Shown in pieces: positions 26,001 through 40,655 of a stretch of DNA of 64,000 bases. This DNA is from the human T2T-CHM13v2.0 reference genome, Homo sapiens. The stretch lies in the NCBI RefSeq assembly GCF_009914755.1, contig NC_060927.1; one strand, written 5' to 3'. Under the pieces are notes generated by a model that saw nothing but the letters and a program-made list of their open reading frames with translations, made no database searches and had not been told where the DNA came from. Position numbers and translations under genes: made by a program. How positions within the stretch are numbered: position 1 is the first letter of the stretch; each line of letters begins with the position of its first letter.

Positions 26001-28279
26001 TTGTGGAGAAGGCTGTCAGTGCTCACCAAGTATCTATGTTGCTTCTCGACATTCTCCAACCTCTTGGGGTTCCTTTGGGACCATACAACTGGGCTGTAGC
26101 CAAGAAAATGTTGGGAAATGTGAGGTAAGCAATATGGAGGCCTAGCCCTTAAATAAAAGCCCCTTCTTACCTTGTCACAGCGACTGTGGTGGATACACGA
26201 TCAAGAAGGCATAGCTGCTACGTAACAGAGGCATGCATAAACTGAACTGGACTACATGAGCAAGAAATAAGTCATGAGAACTCAGTAGTATCTGCTTCAG
26301 CCACTAACATTAATGACCAAAATGACTCTGATGAAAGCATCATTAAGAAGAGAAAATTACACAACTTTTATTTAGGAGTGTATGGGTCTGAAAGTCAGAA
26401 ACTTGATATGATGTCCTCTCAGAGTCCCTCATGTTTCCTGACTATGACCACTGAATGGAAACTCTTTCTTCCTCCATTGAATGGAGACTTTGGATGTTAA
26501 TGAGTACACAATTAATCCTCCAGTCTACTCATCCATTTCTTCTTTATTTTCTGACGAGTTATAGCCTCCTGCCTGACAGAGGCCGTCACCTTGTAAGAGA
26601 TATAGGCCTTATAGGAACTTCTCTGCTCTGTGATTCTGAAGCCACAGTTCAGAGTCAGAAATTGATGTCTTTGACTAATTCTGTGCCTCACTTTTGTCTT
26701 CACTGCCTGTCAGGCATTCGTTATCTGTGAGCCCACCCCAATTATAAATCTTTGGTGCTAAAAACCTGTAAGTGGCTACTTCCAGGCCCCTAACCTATAA
26801 GTCACTGAGCCTGGAAATTTGGCAATCTCAAAATGGAATTTTATAAAATGCATAGTGTCAAAGAAAGTATTCTGTAAAATCTAAACAAAGATAATATAAG
26901 AGTATTATTGAATTAGCAAAATGGCATTCTCATCAATAGAGTCACAACTTCCATTCACAACTATTAAGATAATGAACAGTACCAAGTATTTCTAGAAATT
27001 GCTTGAGGAAATATTGTACTAAAAATTCTTACTTTGCAGTCCAGGTACTATAACCAAGTTTCTCTCCATTTGCATATGCTAGCTAGTAAATAGCATAGCT
27101 GCTGGAATAAATGAGTCCTGGATAATATTTTTGGCTTTCTCTCTGTCTTGGTATCTTTTGTACCTGCAGATCTTTTTTTCTTCCTCCAGCTAGAGGAGAA
27201 AGACAATACCTCAGGAATTATTTAAGGAAAATCTGTTACATAATCAATGCAAGGACTCGGGGACCTCTGTATTAGTTTCCCTTACTGAAATACAAAATTA
27301 TGCTTTATCAGAACAAATAAGATTTCAAACATAGGTCAAGTATGTTCTCAGTTTCCCATAGTGAAACAATTCTATATTTGGCATTTTGCAGGTTTCCTTA
27401 TTAAACAATCATTTCTTCATAAGAAAAACATAAAGGAATTTCACTGAATATATTTCTAGTACAGAAGCTATTTTTAAGGCCAACCAGGGAGGATTTCAGG
27501 ATAATAGTGAGAGGGACAAACTGAAAATGTGTGACTCTGGATAGAAAATAAGATCTGGCCTACATAAGTAAGCAGTTATCTAAGAGCAGTCCCATTCACT
27601 AAATGCAAGGCTTCAGGAGACCTAGATTTTGAGCCCCATACTTTCTCTGACTCTCAGTAGGGCTCCTTCATGCTACAAAATCTCTCCATAGTTCAGTCTC
27701 TTTATCTCCAAAGAGATAAAAATAACATTCCAATTTTCTAGATTCCAGGACAGACACAAGGATTAACTAAATCATTTAGGGAAAGTATATTGGGTATATA
27801 TGCTTAGAATATTTTCTTTTATGTAATCTTCTTCTCAGAAAGCACAAAAGGAAGATAAAATTGAGCCAGAATTGTATGGTAACATTACTGATTTTTATGT
27901 AGGGCTTGCAGAATATGTCCCATGACTATGTGGTTATACTTGGCCTAGCACACCTTTATAGTTTGTATGTGCATATATATAATCATATATATAATCATAC
28001 TGATATATATATATCAGTAATGTCCTATATGACAAGATTGTACTCAACTTCAGTGGTATAAGCTTATTCTGTTTAGATGAGCATTTTAGAAGTGAACCAG
28101 GAGGACTAACCCTTGAGCTGAATTTCCATAGTCTCATGGTTAATGCTTCCTTATATGGATGAACATAAGAGGCCAGGGATCTAGAATAAAAGATATGAGT
28201 GTGATCAATGTCCTGAACAAAGGATGTCTGAAGATCCAAGAGGATGGGGACTATCTCTTTCAATATGTATTCATAGTGT

Positions 28280-28495
28280 ATAATTTGGTGGTTAGACACT
28301 GGGTTTCAGAGCCTTGTTTCAGTCCCAGTTCCTCAATTTACTAGCTATTTAATCTTGGGGAAATTACTTAATCTTTCAGTTTTCTCACCTGAAGGATGGG
28401 AAAATTAACTTATAGGCCTTTACAAATTTTAAATAAAATAATGCGTGTGAAATACATGATGTCTGGAATATAGGAAGTATTCATAATAAATGTCA
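28280..28495 (+). mobile_element. MIR
   Basis: tttactagct...cttggggaaattacttaatctttcagttttctcacctg. Confidence 0.7.
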
Positions 28496-30917
28496 CTAAT
28501 CTCTGAAGACGCCAGTGCCACCTGATTGGAACATCAGAAATAGTGATTTGAAATATTTCTCTGGAACACAGAAAGGGAAAGCATGAATAAATGTATCAGT
28601 GAAGGCCAGAGACCTCTCTCTGGACATACACTTTTGGGAGGTAACAGGTGACCAGCAACTTTTATTTACTTGAATCTGTAACATCTCTGTAGAGAAAACT
28701 AAAGCATTAAATAGGATTTATTTCTTGAACCGTGGAATGCCTTGAATACTTTCTTTTTATTTCTAATTCCTTTGCTCTCAGATGAGAGCTCTCTCCCCTT
28801 CTCTGAGATGTATGCTATATATATACACCCGCCTCTCATTCTGAGATACACACTACAGTCACTTAGCACTTCCTCTTTTAATTGAAGGCTGTTCATTTGG
28901 CTGGCCTAAAGTAAGAGAGAGAAGTGCAAGTCAGAAAGACCACGAAGGGCAACAGAATAGAAATATTGCTCAAATGCTTGTCATTTTCTGCATGTTATAA
29001 GACAAAAGACTGAGATCTTCCCTTATATTGGGTAAGAGTTATAGTTGATTGAGAAACCACAATTGAATAATGTTTCTTTTGTGCAAATAAAAATACCAAC
29101 CTTAAGGCAGCATTAGAATACTTTGCATAGCATTTACTTCAGGTTTTCATGAGAGAGGGAGGATAAAAACAACCTATATTTGATGCAGTTCCAAGGTCTT
29201 TCTTTTTTTCCCTGCCAGTGTTTGCAATAGCCTATATTTAAATGTATAGAGGTGTCTTCAGAGAACCACAGGCATAGAGAATTAGAAGTCTGTAACTGGA
29301 AGCATCTTTCAGGGTTGAGAAATGTAAGCTATTGTGAAAGCTCAACAATACATGTTGAAACAAATCTTTTGGAAATGATTGAATTGAATGTTTTCACATA
29401 AGCAAATCTACATTTGTCATTCTGAATTCTTTTTATGGAAAGATGGTGTTTCCCCCTCCTGTTTAGGTAATTAAAACTAGTCACTTGATGATCATTCATT
29501 ATCAAACATTTCTGCACATGGCAAAAAATGCTTTGGGGATGAGACCCTGCTTATACAATTTCATCCATCAAAGGAAGTCTTTCTCCAGAAGCTATTATTC
29601 ACTCTGTGAGAGTACATTTAAAAGCATTACTTCACACCTAAGTAACGTGTTAACAGCACAGAGTGTCTCTCCCTTGGTGGCTAGGCTCCAGTGCCTGTAT
29701 TTTATGGAGGCACCATGCACCATCTTGAAAAGCTGGACAGCTTCCAGTAGCATTAGGGTTTGGAGGAAGAGCTGTTGCTCCTTAGAACTTTACTTCTCTT
29801 GGGAATATTATTGTTTCAATTTATTTTAACGCAATGAGTGGGAGAGAAGGTGGGAATAAAATGCCTACACAGAAGCCTCTATCTAACAGTCCTGCTGGGT
29901 GGGGCATTACAAAGAGAGGCCACAGGAAAACCTTTGAGAGTTTGGAGCCTGCTGCGTGAGAGAGATAAAAGTAGAAACAGCAAATTGGCTGCAATACGAA
30001 TGGCAGGTGCATTTGTTCACTGGAGGCAAGTTTGGCAATTTAGTTTTCAATGACCAGCTTGTCTCTTTAAGGTTCACCTTTCAAAGTCCTCCTTTTTGCC
30101 CTCAACATACATCGCTAAAGCCCTGTCTCATCTTGAGTCCCCACGCTCCAGGTAACAGCAGCTCTTTACTCTGCCTCTCTTTGGGGGGGGAAAAAAACTG
30201 GTCCCCTTTTCTACTTACTGGGAGTGGAATTAAACAGAAGGCAATGGAAAGCTCGCTGAAGCACAGTGCACAGTAGAATGACATACCCAAAGAGAAAGCA
30301 AATTCCTGTTATGTGTGGATAGTTTTATCCTTCCTGGGTAAACACAGTTGAGGGGAGGGGAACTCTCAGGCAAAACACTATGATTCTGACCTCACTCCAG
30401 TATTTCTATAGATGGAAGAAAATTCAATGCGTATGTTCCCACTGCCAGAATGGGACTTAAGAGACACAGGTCAAGGGAGAAGAATTCAGAATGGAAAGCT
30501 GATGAGAGCAATCTGTCTTCGCTGAAAGGAGATGAAGGGAGGTGACAGTTGTCCAACGGTCTCAGATAAGCAAGGAGAAATGACTGCTATCTGTGTAGAG
30601 CTCATCTGGACAAAAAAACTACATTCATTTTTCCCTCTACATAAAGCACACATAACCTTGAAATGCACATGCTCTACATGCCATCTCTTGTTTATTTGTG
30701 TACCCACCATTCTTATTCCATTGGTTGTTTCTCACTTCTGTATTTCTGCCATTATTAACTGCCCTAGCAATTCCACAAAAGAAGTGAACATAATCTCAAA
30801 TAAAATTGTGATAACACCGTTTGGAATACCTTTGATGGAATGTAGGTGGCCATGGAGGAGTCTCCCAAGGCAGCTTCATGTTAGGAAACCTGAAGTGGCT
30901 AGAGTAAATGAGGTCAC

Positions 30918-31410
30918 TTTTCTTTTCTTCTCTTTCTTCCTTTTTTTTCTTTTAAGAGACAGGGTCTTACTCTGCTGCCTAGGCTGAAGTGCAGTGGCTC
31001 ATGCCTGCTGCAGCCTCAAATCTCTGGACTAAAGCAATCCTTCTGAGTTGCTAGAACTACAGATACATGCCGCCATGCCTGGCTAATTTGTTTTCTTAAT
31101 TTAATTGTATTTATTTATTTACTTTTTTGGAGACAGGGTCTCACTCTGTCACCTAGGCTAGAGTGCTGTGGTGTGATTACAGCTCACTATAGCCTCAACC
31201 TCCTGGGCTCAAGTGAGCATCCCGCCTCAGCTTCCAGAGTAGCTGGGACCATAGGTGTGAGCCGCCACACCTGGATAAGTTTTAAACTTTTTGTAGAAAT
31301 TGGGTCTCACTATATTGCCCAGCCTGGTCTCAAACTACTGGCCTCAAGTAATCTTCCTGCTTCGGCCTCCCAAAGTGCTGGGATTATAGGCATGAGCCAC
31401 CATGCCTGAT
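30918..31410 (-). mobile_element. Tandem AluJ: partial arm (~30918..31090) plus full AluJ (~31110..31410)
   Basis: Two successive gagacagggtct starts; AluJ diagnostics. Confidence 0.85.
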
Positions 31411-32609
31411 CCTACATATTTTTAAGGCCCATATTAGCCAACAAAATGGTGAATTGATTCTGAGGAACAATCAAAAGAAGAATATATAACAAATAAGTGA
31501 TTTCTGAATTGCACAGTTGCTTGTTAATGAACATCAATTTATCAAACATGCTTGTCCAAAGTTTAGCCAAAGATTGATGAAACACATATGATCTCAAAAT
31601 CATCTCTCCCCTTTTATAGAATCAAAGGCCTCTGAATTTAGGCAGACAAATATGATTTATATTCAAAATTCAGTCCTTTTGCAAGTAAATGATTGAACTG
31701 AGTGTCCCTGGGATGAAGCCTCTTCTGCTTGTTCCTGTATTGGACAAAGAGCGGAGGAACTTAGGTGCTGCACTTTCAAACAGCATTGATTTCAAACATT
31801 GATCGTGCCATAGAGATGTGTACCATAAAAAATGACAGTAGAAGCAAATGCTTGATACCAACCAGAAACCTCTCAGTCCTCTCAATATATACAACTCCTG
31901 AGATAACACTTGATTTTAATTCAGCAAGAAGGAAGCAAAGTCATACATATGTTTTGGGAACCACAAAAGTAAATGAAAGCATGCAAAAAAAAACAAAACA
32001 AAAAAAAAAAAAAACACCTTGATTTTAAAATGGAATACATCATTTTATATAGCAGCCAGGTTTGAAAACTTCATAAATGTGGGGGCATTTTTTTCCTATG
32101 GTTATTTTACTTGGATATGTTTGGATGATTAATTTATGCTTGAAGTAAACTATGCTACTTATTTTTCCTTGACATATATCTCGACACACTGCTATAATAG
32201 AACCAACATATGTATATATTATACAATTCACTTAGAATTAATTGTGCACTAAGGTTATGGATAATGTTAGGTGATGAACAGGATCTTCACTGCCTTAAAA
32301 TTTTATGTGTACTATTCTGAGGCATGTGTAACTCTATCAAGTTTAGGATTACCTATTATCATGTTCCCACTATGATAAGATATGAAGGGTTATAACAATA
32401 CCTAACATTCACTGAGCACTTACTAAGTGTTTTGCACATAATTGTTCATTTAATCCTCTGTCCTACTGTAGGAGCTATTAATGGTACTAATGGAAATACC
32501 AAATATTTTTATTTTATGGATGATAAAATAGTCTGGGTTAGAATCCTACATCTGTTCTGTTCTATCGGTCTTAAGACTCTGGCAGTATCAGTATCTACCA
32601 GTCTAATAA

Positions 32610-32915
<306 letters not shown>

Positions 32916-33173
32916 TAATGAGCAGTTCTTAATCAAGTAATCTGTCTGCATGATTTCTTTCTTTTTCACCATTCTGCATGTATGTGTCTCTGCCAGACAC
33001 ACATACTTGGTAGCAAAGAATGATGTTACTGAACAAGGTGGATAATCTTTCAGTCAGAGTTGTATAAACAACTGTGTTCCTATTCTAGAAACTCCAGGAG
33101 TATAATGACCCAGTGCCTTTTTTATCGCTCAATCTATCCCTGATCTGTTTGGAAATTTTACACCTTTCTAGTA

Positions 33174-33297
33174 CAAAGCTTCTCAACCTTGGAAGTATTG
33201 AAATTTTGGGCTAGATAATTATTTGTTGTGGGAGTTTTTACATGATATAAAGCAACATCCCTGGCCTCTATCTATTGGAAACGAGTAGTATTCACTC
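33174..33297. mobile_element. MER20-like fragment
   Basis: ttctcaaccttgg...attgaaattttgggctagataatt...gcaacatccctggcctcta. Confidence 0.6.
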
Positions 33298-33852
33298 ATT
33301 TGGATGGAATTTACATTCTTTGAGATGCTGTTCCACTTAATTAAAAATTGATGGTTTTACTTATTACCATTACTTTTTACTTTTTAAACACTCCTCTCTG
33401 GTTATCATATGCTTTTTTTAAAAACAAACTAACCAACTCATCAAAAACTTTCCGATTTAGGTGATTGCAGACAAGGGTCTAAGACAAGCATTCTGTTTAC
33501 CTTCTTCCATGTAGAATGTGAAACATGATAATTCTGGCGGGATAATACATAATTATGAAAATCAGCTTAATGCCAATGGACACAAAAAGGTTGCTTCTGA
33601 TTCTCTACTTTGCTTGAGGAAGGAATGATGGCAGTATCTACCTAACTCAGAGCAGATGTCACCCCACACAAGGCAACAAAATGGCATTTCCTGGGCATAA
33701 AAGCAGCATCACAGTGTGAAATGCTATCCAACAAAACTTACTAGGGACACCACTAAGTTAGCTTGCTGCTCTGTGAAGCAGACCTGCCAATAAGACCTGG
33801 TCTGTTGTGTGCAAATGGATCTATATGAAAATGAAAATAAAAAAATATTCTT

Positions 33853-34168
<316 letters not shown>

Positions 34169-35754
34169 TTAATGTCTTTCCACTTATGCTTTCAAAAGTT
34201 GCTCTACTCTTCCTCCATGAGCCCTCTTTACCAATTGAATGCAGAGACAACATTATCCCCTTTTTAATTAATATATTACCTATTAAGAATGCTCCAGATA
34301 GATGGACAGATAGAAGGTACTCAGGGAAAATGCTCAGGCTTGATTACCTGCAGTGTGTTGAGTACACAGAGAAAGGCTGCTTTGCTTTCTGGATGGAAAG
34401 CAATGGGAATAATAATATGTAAATTGATGTATCAAAATTTCTGAAAGCTCAGCGTTATTTCCCCTTGCCCAAAGATTTCACCTCGCCTTATTAACTATTC
34501 TAACAACCCTACCTTTCTTTTTTGTTTGTTTGTGTAATTCTTGTTTCCTCCCATTTAGCACACAGAAAAAAGCATTAGTAACACTCCTGGTTTTAAATGA
34601 ACCCTATTAATATTCGTCTCTGCAAGGGACTCTGGGATAATTTTGATAAATGTGGCCATGAAGCTGATCTGACAGAGCTGAGTGTGATGTTTGTGTGTTC
34701 ATGGAGAACCGTTTCATGCATAAAAGGGTGACAGACTGAAATGGGGAGTCTGACAGGTCTCTATTTCTGGGCCACAGTTAGCAGCTGAAAGTAGAAATAT
34801 AATTGTATCTAAAAAAAAAAAAAAACTAATGCAAAACAAAAGAAGCAATCTTTATGAAGATAAAACAACCCCACTGGTTTCTGATTAGAAGGTAATTCAT
34901 ATATCACAATCCTCAGCTCTCACAGCCCCAGCTGGCCAGACCTCCAAGGCTGTACAGGAGGGTAATGTGAACAAAACCTGTGTTTGTAAGAAGGAGAGGT
35001 GAGCATGGGGAGCTCAGGCTGCATGGAGTGGCTTCCATTTCTTTCTGTGTCTCCACTTCCTCCAGCAGTGGAAGATGCCCTGAAAAGACTAGATGCCTTT
35101 CAGTCGTGATTACATTTCCAGAATGGAAAGAAAGAAAAAACAAAAAACAAAAAAACCCAGGCTGCCATTTCTGAAAAAGCTTTGTAGCAAATGTCAGACG
35201 TTTTGAAAATAGGATCATTCCATATACATGGGTTGCCTGAGGTAGGCTTCACAAAGGTTCTTAGCTTTAAAATGGAATACATAAATAAGCAGTAGGGTAT
35301 TGAAGGATTATGAGCAGCATAAAGACAGTTATTGAAAATGTTCAAAAGGATCGTCTAACCTAAGCAAGATGAAACTCCAAATATAGGCATGTAGAATAAA
35401 AGAGAAGAAATTTAACTACTTTCTTCAAGTGCCTCTAAATTCTGCACTTTATTATCTTTACCAATCATTTATTAATTTTTATTATGAGCATTGGTCCTAT
35501 TTTGGGGACAGGTATTTATTTCCTCAACATAAAAGTTTATAGAAGATCACAATGAATGTCTTTGAAGGGAATGTGGCAGGAAACAAGTAGGGAATGAAGG
35601 CAGTAGTGGTAGTGGTTAGAGGTTTCACTGTCATATTTTGGAGAGTCAGCAAACCTGGGAAAAGATGATAAGAAAAAAAGTATATAACCACAGACAGCTC
35701 AAAAATATTTTTCATTGGGTGGAGGTGGTAAAAAAAAAAAAAAAAAAAAAGCCT

Positions 35755-35828
35755 AAAATGGCTGATTAGGTCAGAGTTTTTCAAATCATCTCCAATTGCA
35801 AAGCAGTGAGAAACAAGCCCTGTTTTAT
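35755..35828 (+). repeat. 74-bp dispersed direct repeat, copy 1 (partner 37133..37206)
   Basis: 70/74 identical by manual alignment. Confidence 0.9.
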
Positions 35829-37132
35829 AAAAAGTGAGAATTCTTCATAAGTTGGATGTTACTTAGGTGTCTCTGAGAACAGAATGTAAAAATTAATGAT
35901 TATATGCCTATCATTTATTGAGCATATACTATATAACAGGCCTTGTTTTAAGAATGTTTTATTTAATTACCAGATTCTTCCTTGAGATGTAGATATTATT
36001 ATGCCTACTTTACACATAATTAAACTTTGCCCCAAAGAGATCAAATACATTTCAATGTAAATGGCATCTCTGTTAAGGAAATAACCTAGGCTCAATTTTA
36101 AACTCCCCAAAGTTTCATAGCTTACAGGGTCAGAGTCCAGGTCTGCCTAACCTTGGAATAGAAAGTCTTTACTCCACTTACTCATGCTTTTGAAAATTTG
36201 GCCTTTGTGTTAGGAGACAGGAGGTAGAAATCCCTTTCTATGAGCTAAAGTAGGCATGTTAGCTAATCAAGTCATTCTTCATCCATAAAAATTGTTGCCT
36301 TTCTCTAATAAGTCATATAAGGAAACTCAGTCAACATAGCATTTCCTAGAATTTAAATACACACCAAAGCTGTACTTTGAAGCTGACATTCTGGGCTACA
36401 TTGCCTTTGGGTTGAGGCAGCCCTCCTGTTCTTAACTTGTTTACTGGGAACTGCACCTGGTAGAGGCATCTCCATCTGGTGGTCCAATCAGAACCCATTA
36501 AGCACTGAGGTAGACTGCCTGGAAGTGGAAAATATGGACTAGGGAAGCTGAGCCTGAGCTACATGACTTCACCTTTGGAAAAAAGAAACAGGAAAAAAAA
36601 AATACAGCCCATACAGCTTGCAGAGCAATTGTTCCTGCACAGAACTCTGGTCTAATTGATTTGGACACCACAGCTAATTTTCCCTCAGACATCTGTTAGC
36701 ACACATTAGTGGATGTCGTTAGGTAGGGAGGCACTGATTAGATGGGGAGCAGAGCTCAAAGGCCCTGGTTTTGGAGGCTGGAGCAGACGGAGGAATGACA
36801 ACAGATAGAATCTGCCAGCACCCCAGCAACGTCAGATACTTCTGCTGCAGCAACCCTGAAAGGAAGCAATAATTGCTAGGGAGCCTTGGCAGTTGTGCAT
36901 AATAGTCTGATCCTTTCTTGCATTTGCCCAAATAATAAGCATCTTCTGAATTTCTAAAGGCAAAACAAGAGTGCTCCAGATACCAACAGGGCCAAAACAC
37001 ACATGAAATGAAGATAATCATTGTCAATACCCCTTTCGCTTCTTTCTCCAAATCTCATTCATTCCTGTATTTTAGACATTAGTATGTAGCAACTATTCCA
37101 GGGGCTCACTCATACCCAGTCAGGCAGATGAA

Positions 37133-37206
37133 AAAATGGCTGATCAGGTCAGAGTTTTTCAAATCATCTCCCGTTGCAAAGCACTGAGAAACAAGCCCTG
37201 TTTTAT
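37133..37206 (+). repeat. 74-bp dispersed direct repeat, copy 2
   Basis: 70/74 identical to 35755..35828. Confidence 0.9.
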
Positions 37207-37934
37207 TTATTCTTTCTTATGCAGCCATGCTCAGATACTTAACTGATGCTGGAATGCAGTTCCTATCCTTTGGGACACGTATTTTGGTTATACAAGTCAG
37301 AAAAAATAATCTGATGCCCTCAAGAAAATCCTCCACAAGCCAGTCTGATGACTACTCTCTCAACGAATACATTTAAAAGATTATGATCCTCTTTCAGAAG
37401 CAGTACAATGTCATGCATCACAAATAAGCTGAAGAAAGAAAAGGTTGCAACTCAGTCCGAAACAGAAAAATCCTATATAGAGGCAAATATTTCAAAGAGT
37501 GGTACAGACTTAATCTTTTCCTTACTGTTCCTAGTGTCTTTCTTAAAATACGAATCTAGTCTAAAAAAAAAAAAAAAACAAAACAAACAAAAAAAAACTG
37601 TAAGGTAAAGTCAAATATTTTAAGGTGTTTAAAGCCCATCATTCTGGACTCGACCAATTTTTTTCCAGGTTTGTCTCTTCCAATTCCTCTCCATGTTCCT
37701 TTTTCTCTATTTAAAACAGACTATTTGCTATTACCTGTACATCCCAACCACTTCTACATGCATGCATCTCTTTCTTTTGATCCTTTTGCCTCCTTGGACA
37801 ACTCTGACTTCAAGACCCTGCCCCTATTTTCCTCCTCAGTGAAATCTTCCATATTCTAGGGAAAAAGCCATTTCCCCTCTGTGTGCCAACTGGACCCTGT
37901 TCACATTTCCATAGATGTTGTCATTGAACATTAT

Positions 37935-38145
37935 AATTTTTAAATTATTTTTGAAATTGACAGGTAAAATTATATGTATCATGTACAATGGATGTTTCGA
38001 AGTATATGTACATTGTCAAATAGTTAAATCTAGCTAATTAAAAATGCATCACCTCACATAGTCATCACTTTTGTGATGAAAACACTTAACATCCACTATC
38101 TTTGCATTTTTGAAGAAAAAATATACTCTCATCGACTATAGTCAC
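37935..38145 (-). mobile_element. L1MA 3' UTR fragment inserted in an L2 (~37740..38315)
   Basis: ttgacaggtaaaattatatgta...gcatcacctcacatagt...ctatagtcac, an L1MA-like 3' end. Confidence 0.7.
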
Positions 38146-38844
38146 TTATTTTTGTTTGCATTTCTGTTCTTCCCTCCTTGGCATCCATGCACCTTTACCG
38201 TTTGATGGCAGGGCTGTTCTTAGTCAACTTTGAATTTCCAAAATCTGACACAGTGCTTGGCATATGATAGGCCCTTACTAATAAATATCTGCCAAAAGGA
38301 TGAATTTGTGAATAAACTTTGCCACTGAATACAACTATCTGGGTAGCAAATGGTAAAGGGATTTGTTGTTAGAGAAGAGTATCAATGACAGGGCTTCTGA
38401 ATGATCATGTATGTTTCACTTCATAAAGTTAACAAACATATATATCTTGAATAACTTTGTTGTGTGTGTGCATTCTTTACATAAGTTGTCAAAGAATCAC
38501 CAAACAAAATGTCCTGTAATATCCAGTCTACCAAGGAAGGAATATTTTGTACAATATAGTTGTGAAGGCTAAGTAATGATTAGTTATATCTGAGATTTTG
38601 AAATATAGTGCATTAAAGTGGGGTGACGATAGGCAATGCTTAAAGTATCCACAAAAGCACATCTCTGTATAGTGTGACTTAGCTATGGACTATACATTTG
38701 GACAAGAAGAAATATAAACAGAGTCACATGACTTCAACTGTGAGTAAAATGAACAAATGTAAATCTAACAAGTCTTTTGTGTGAGCTACTTTTGCATTCA
38801 CACTACCCTAATGATAAGGGAGGACAGAATCAAATTGAACTATC

Positions 38845-39055
38845 TATTTAGTACTTATTACGTATTAGAAACTATGCTATGTCCTTTCATATTATTTAAA
38901 CAGGGTCTTATCATCATATCAATATTAAACATCAGAAACTGAGGTATAATGAGATGATATAACTCATCCTAGTCACAGAGCTAGAGGTGTAGACCAGAAT
39001 CAAACCAGTGTTCCGGTTTCAATCCATGACTCCTTGCACTATGTAGTACTGCCTG
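38845..39055 (-). mobile_element. MIR
   Basis: agaaactgagg...aactcatcctagtcacagagctag. Confidence 0.65.
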
Positions 39056-40149
39056 TTTCTGCATCACGATATGAGACAAAATGTAATGTAAAGAAGACAT
39101 GCAATTAAAAATAAAGAGGGCCAAGGACTCCTGGAGTTGAAGAGGTGAAAGAATATGCAGGAATGAATTAGCTGAATTTCAATGCTGCAAATGGGAGCTG
39201 ATACTATAGAAGTTCAGTGGAGAACAGAACCTCCTCTAGGTTCACTCTCAGACAATGATTAGGAGACAGTAAATACACTGTCTATGTTACAGAGCATTGA
39301 AATGCTCAACCAGAGCTTGAAGCCAGGGTTGTCCATCTGTCCTAGCTTTAATGGGATTTACTGGGCTTTGCTATCTCTGCTTTCTGCCAAACAGAATCAG
39401 AAAGCATCAGTGTTGGTAATTTAGGAGCAGTTTTTGGCCACATAAGTGGCTGTTAGTAGAATTTATGGACAGTAAAGCTTGATTCAGGGCCAGCCTGTAG
39501 CAAAACCAGGGAGCAAGCCATTCATCTTCAGTAGTCTCTACCTTCTTAAGTGTGCCATTTTTCCCAGTGACAATTAGTTGGGAAATAAACTATTTGAAAA
39601 ATTCCAGTAATTAATTGCAAGGTGTTGGTTGCATCTGTCACCTGTTCCTCCAATGTCACCCAACAAAAGATATTTGCCTTTCAAACTCTGTGTTTGTAGG
39701 GTAGTTACAATGGCGATTACAATAGGGTGGTTACTTACATAATATGGTGGTTACCTTTGCTGACTACTCATAAAGTTACAATTTTGTTTTGAATGGATAT
39801 AAGAGGTCTCTAGCTGCCTCATGTATGACGCTACCCATATGTTCCTGGATCAATTAAACATTTTTTTCTGAAGGATAGTTCTGGATTTATAAGAATCTAT
39901 TTATAATATGAATTATAAGCCCTCAGAAATTAGAGAAAAATATGAATCTTTTCACTTTATATTTCTTTCACATGAACATTTTAATCAACATCAATTGCTG
40001 AATCAAAACAGACACGCAAGATTGAGTTAGACACTAGATATGTTTTTTACTCAAGGGAAGCCAAAGGTTCTGTTCACTTACCCTATTTGACAGAGAAGCT
40101 GTCCCTTCAAAGAAAAAGTAAAGGTTACACAAATCCTGGGAATTATTCT

Positions 40150-40655
40150 TTTGCTGGATACCCTCCATTTACACAGAGTGGCCCATCCCCTGATGTCCCC
40201 TGCTCTGTGCCCTGGGAGGCTGATCACCTGAATTATATCAATGACATCCTTGTCTCTGGCTTCCAATTGGGATCAATCAGTGAGGAATATTAATAAAAGA
40301 TCTGAAAGGGTGGCAGAGTGATATCTGGGCATTTATTTCCCTGACTCCCACAACACAGCATCTCCATGGGCTGCCTGTGTTCTCCTGGTACAAGTCCTAG
40401 TGCTTGTCAGAGGCTCTCTGCACACAGTGCTCTGTTTCTCTAGCTCCTGGTAACCACTCCCTCCCATTACCCTCTTCAGACCTAAAGGTGTTAACAGCTT
40501 CCTGATGTTACTAGCCCCAGAGCACTGCACTATCCCCCTTGATTTCCTTACCCCCTGCCTCTTGTCCAAATATTAAAAAAAAATTTCTATTAAACTCCTT
40601 TGACATTATCCAATTTAAGTTTGCCATCTGTTTCCTGCAAGGAGTCTCACCAAAA
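40150..40655 (+). mobile_element. LTR33-like ERVL solo LTR
   Basis: ctgctctgtgccctgggaggctga...ctctggcttcc...attaaactcc...tgccatctgtttcctgc. Confidence 0.7.

Noticed and set aside
27998-28019. 22-bp palindrome tactgatatatatatatcagta
   Set aside because: Mostly a self-complementary (TA)n microsatellite.
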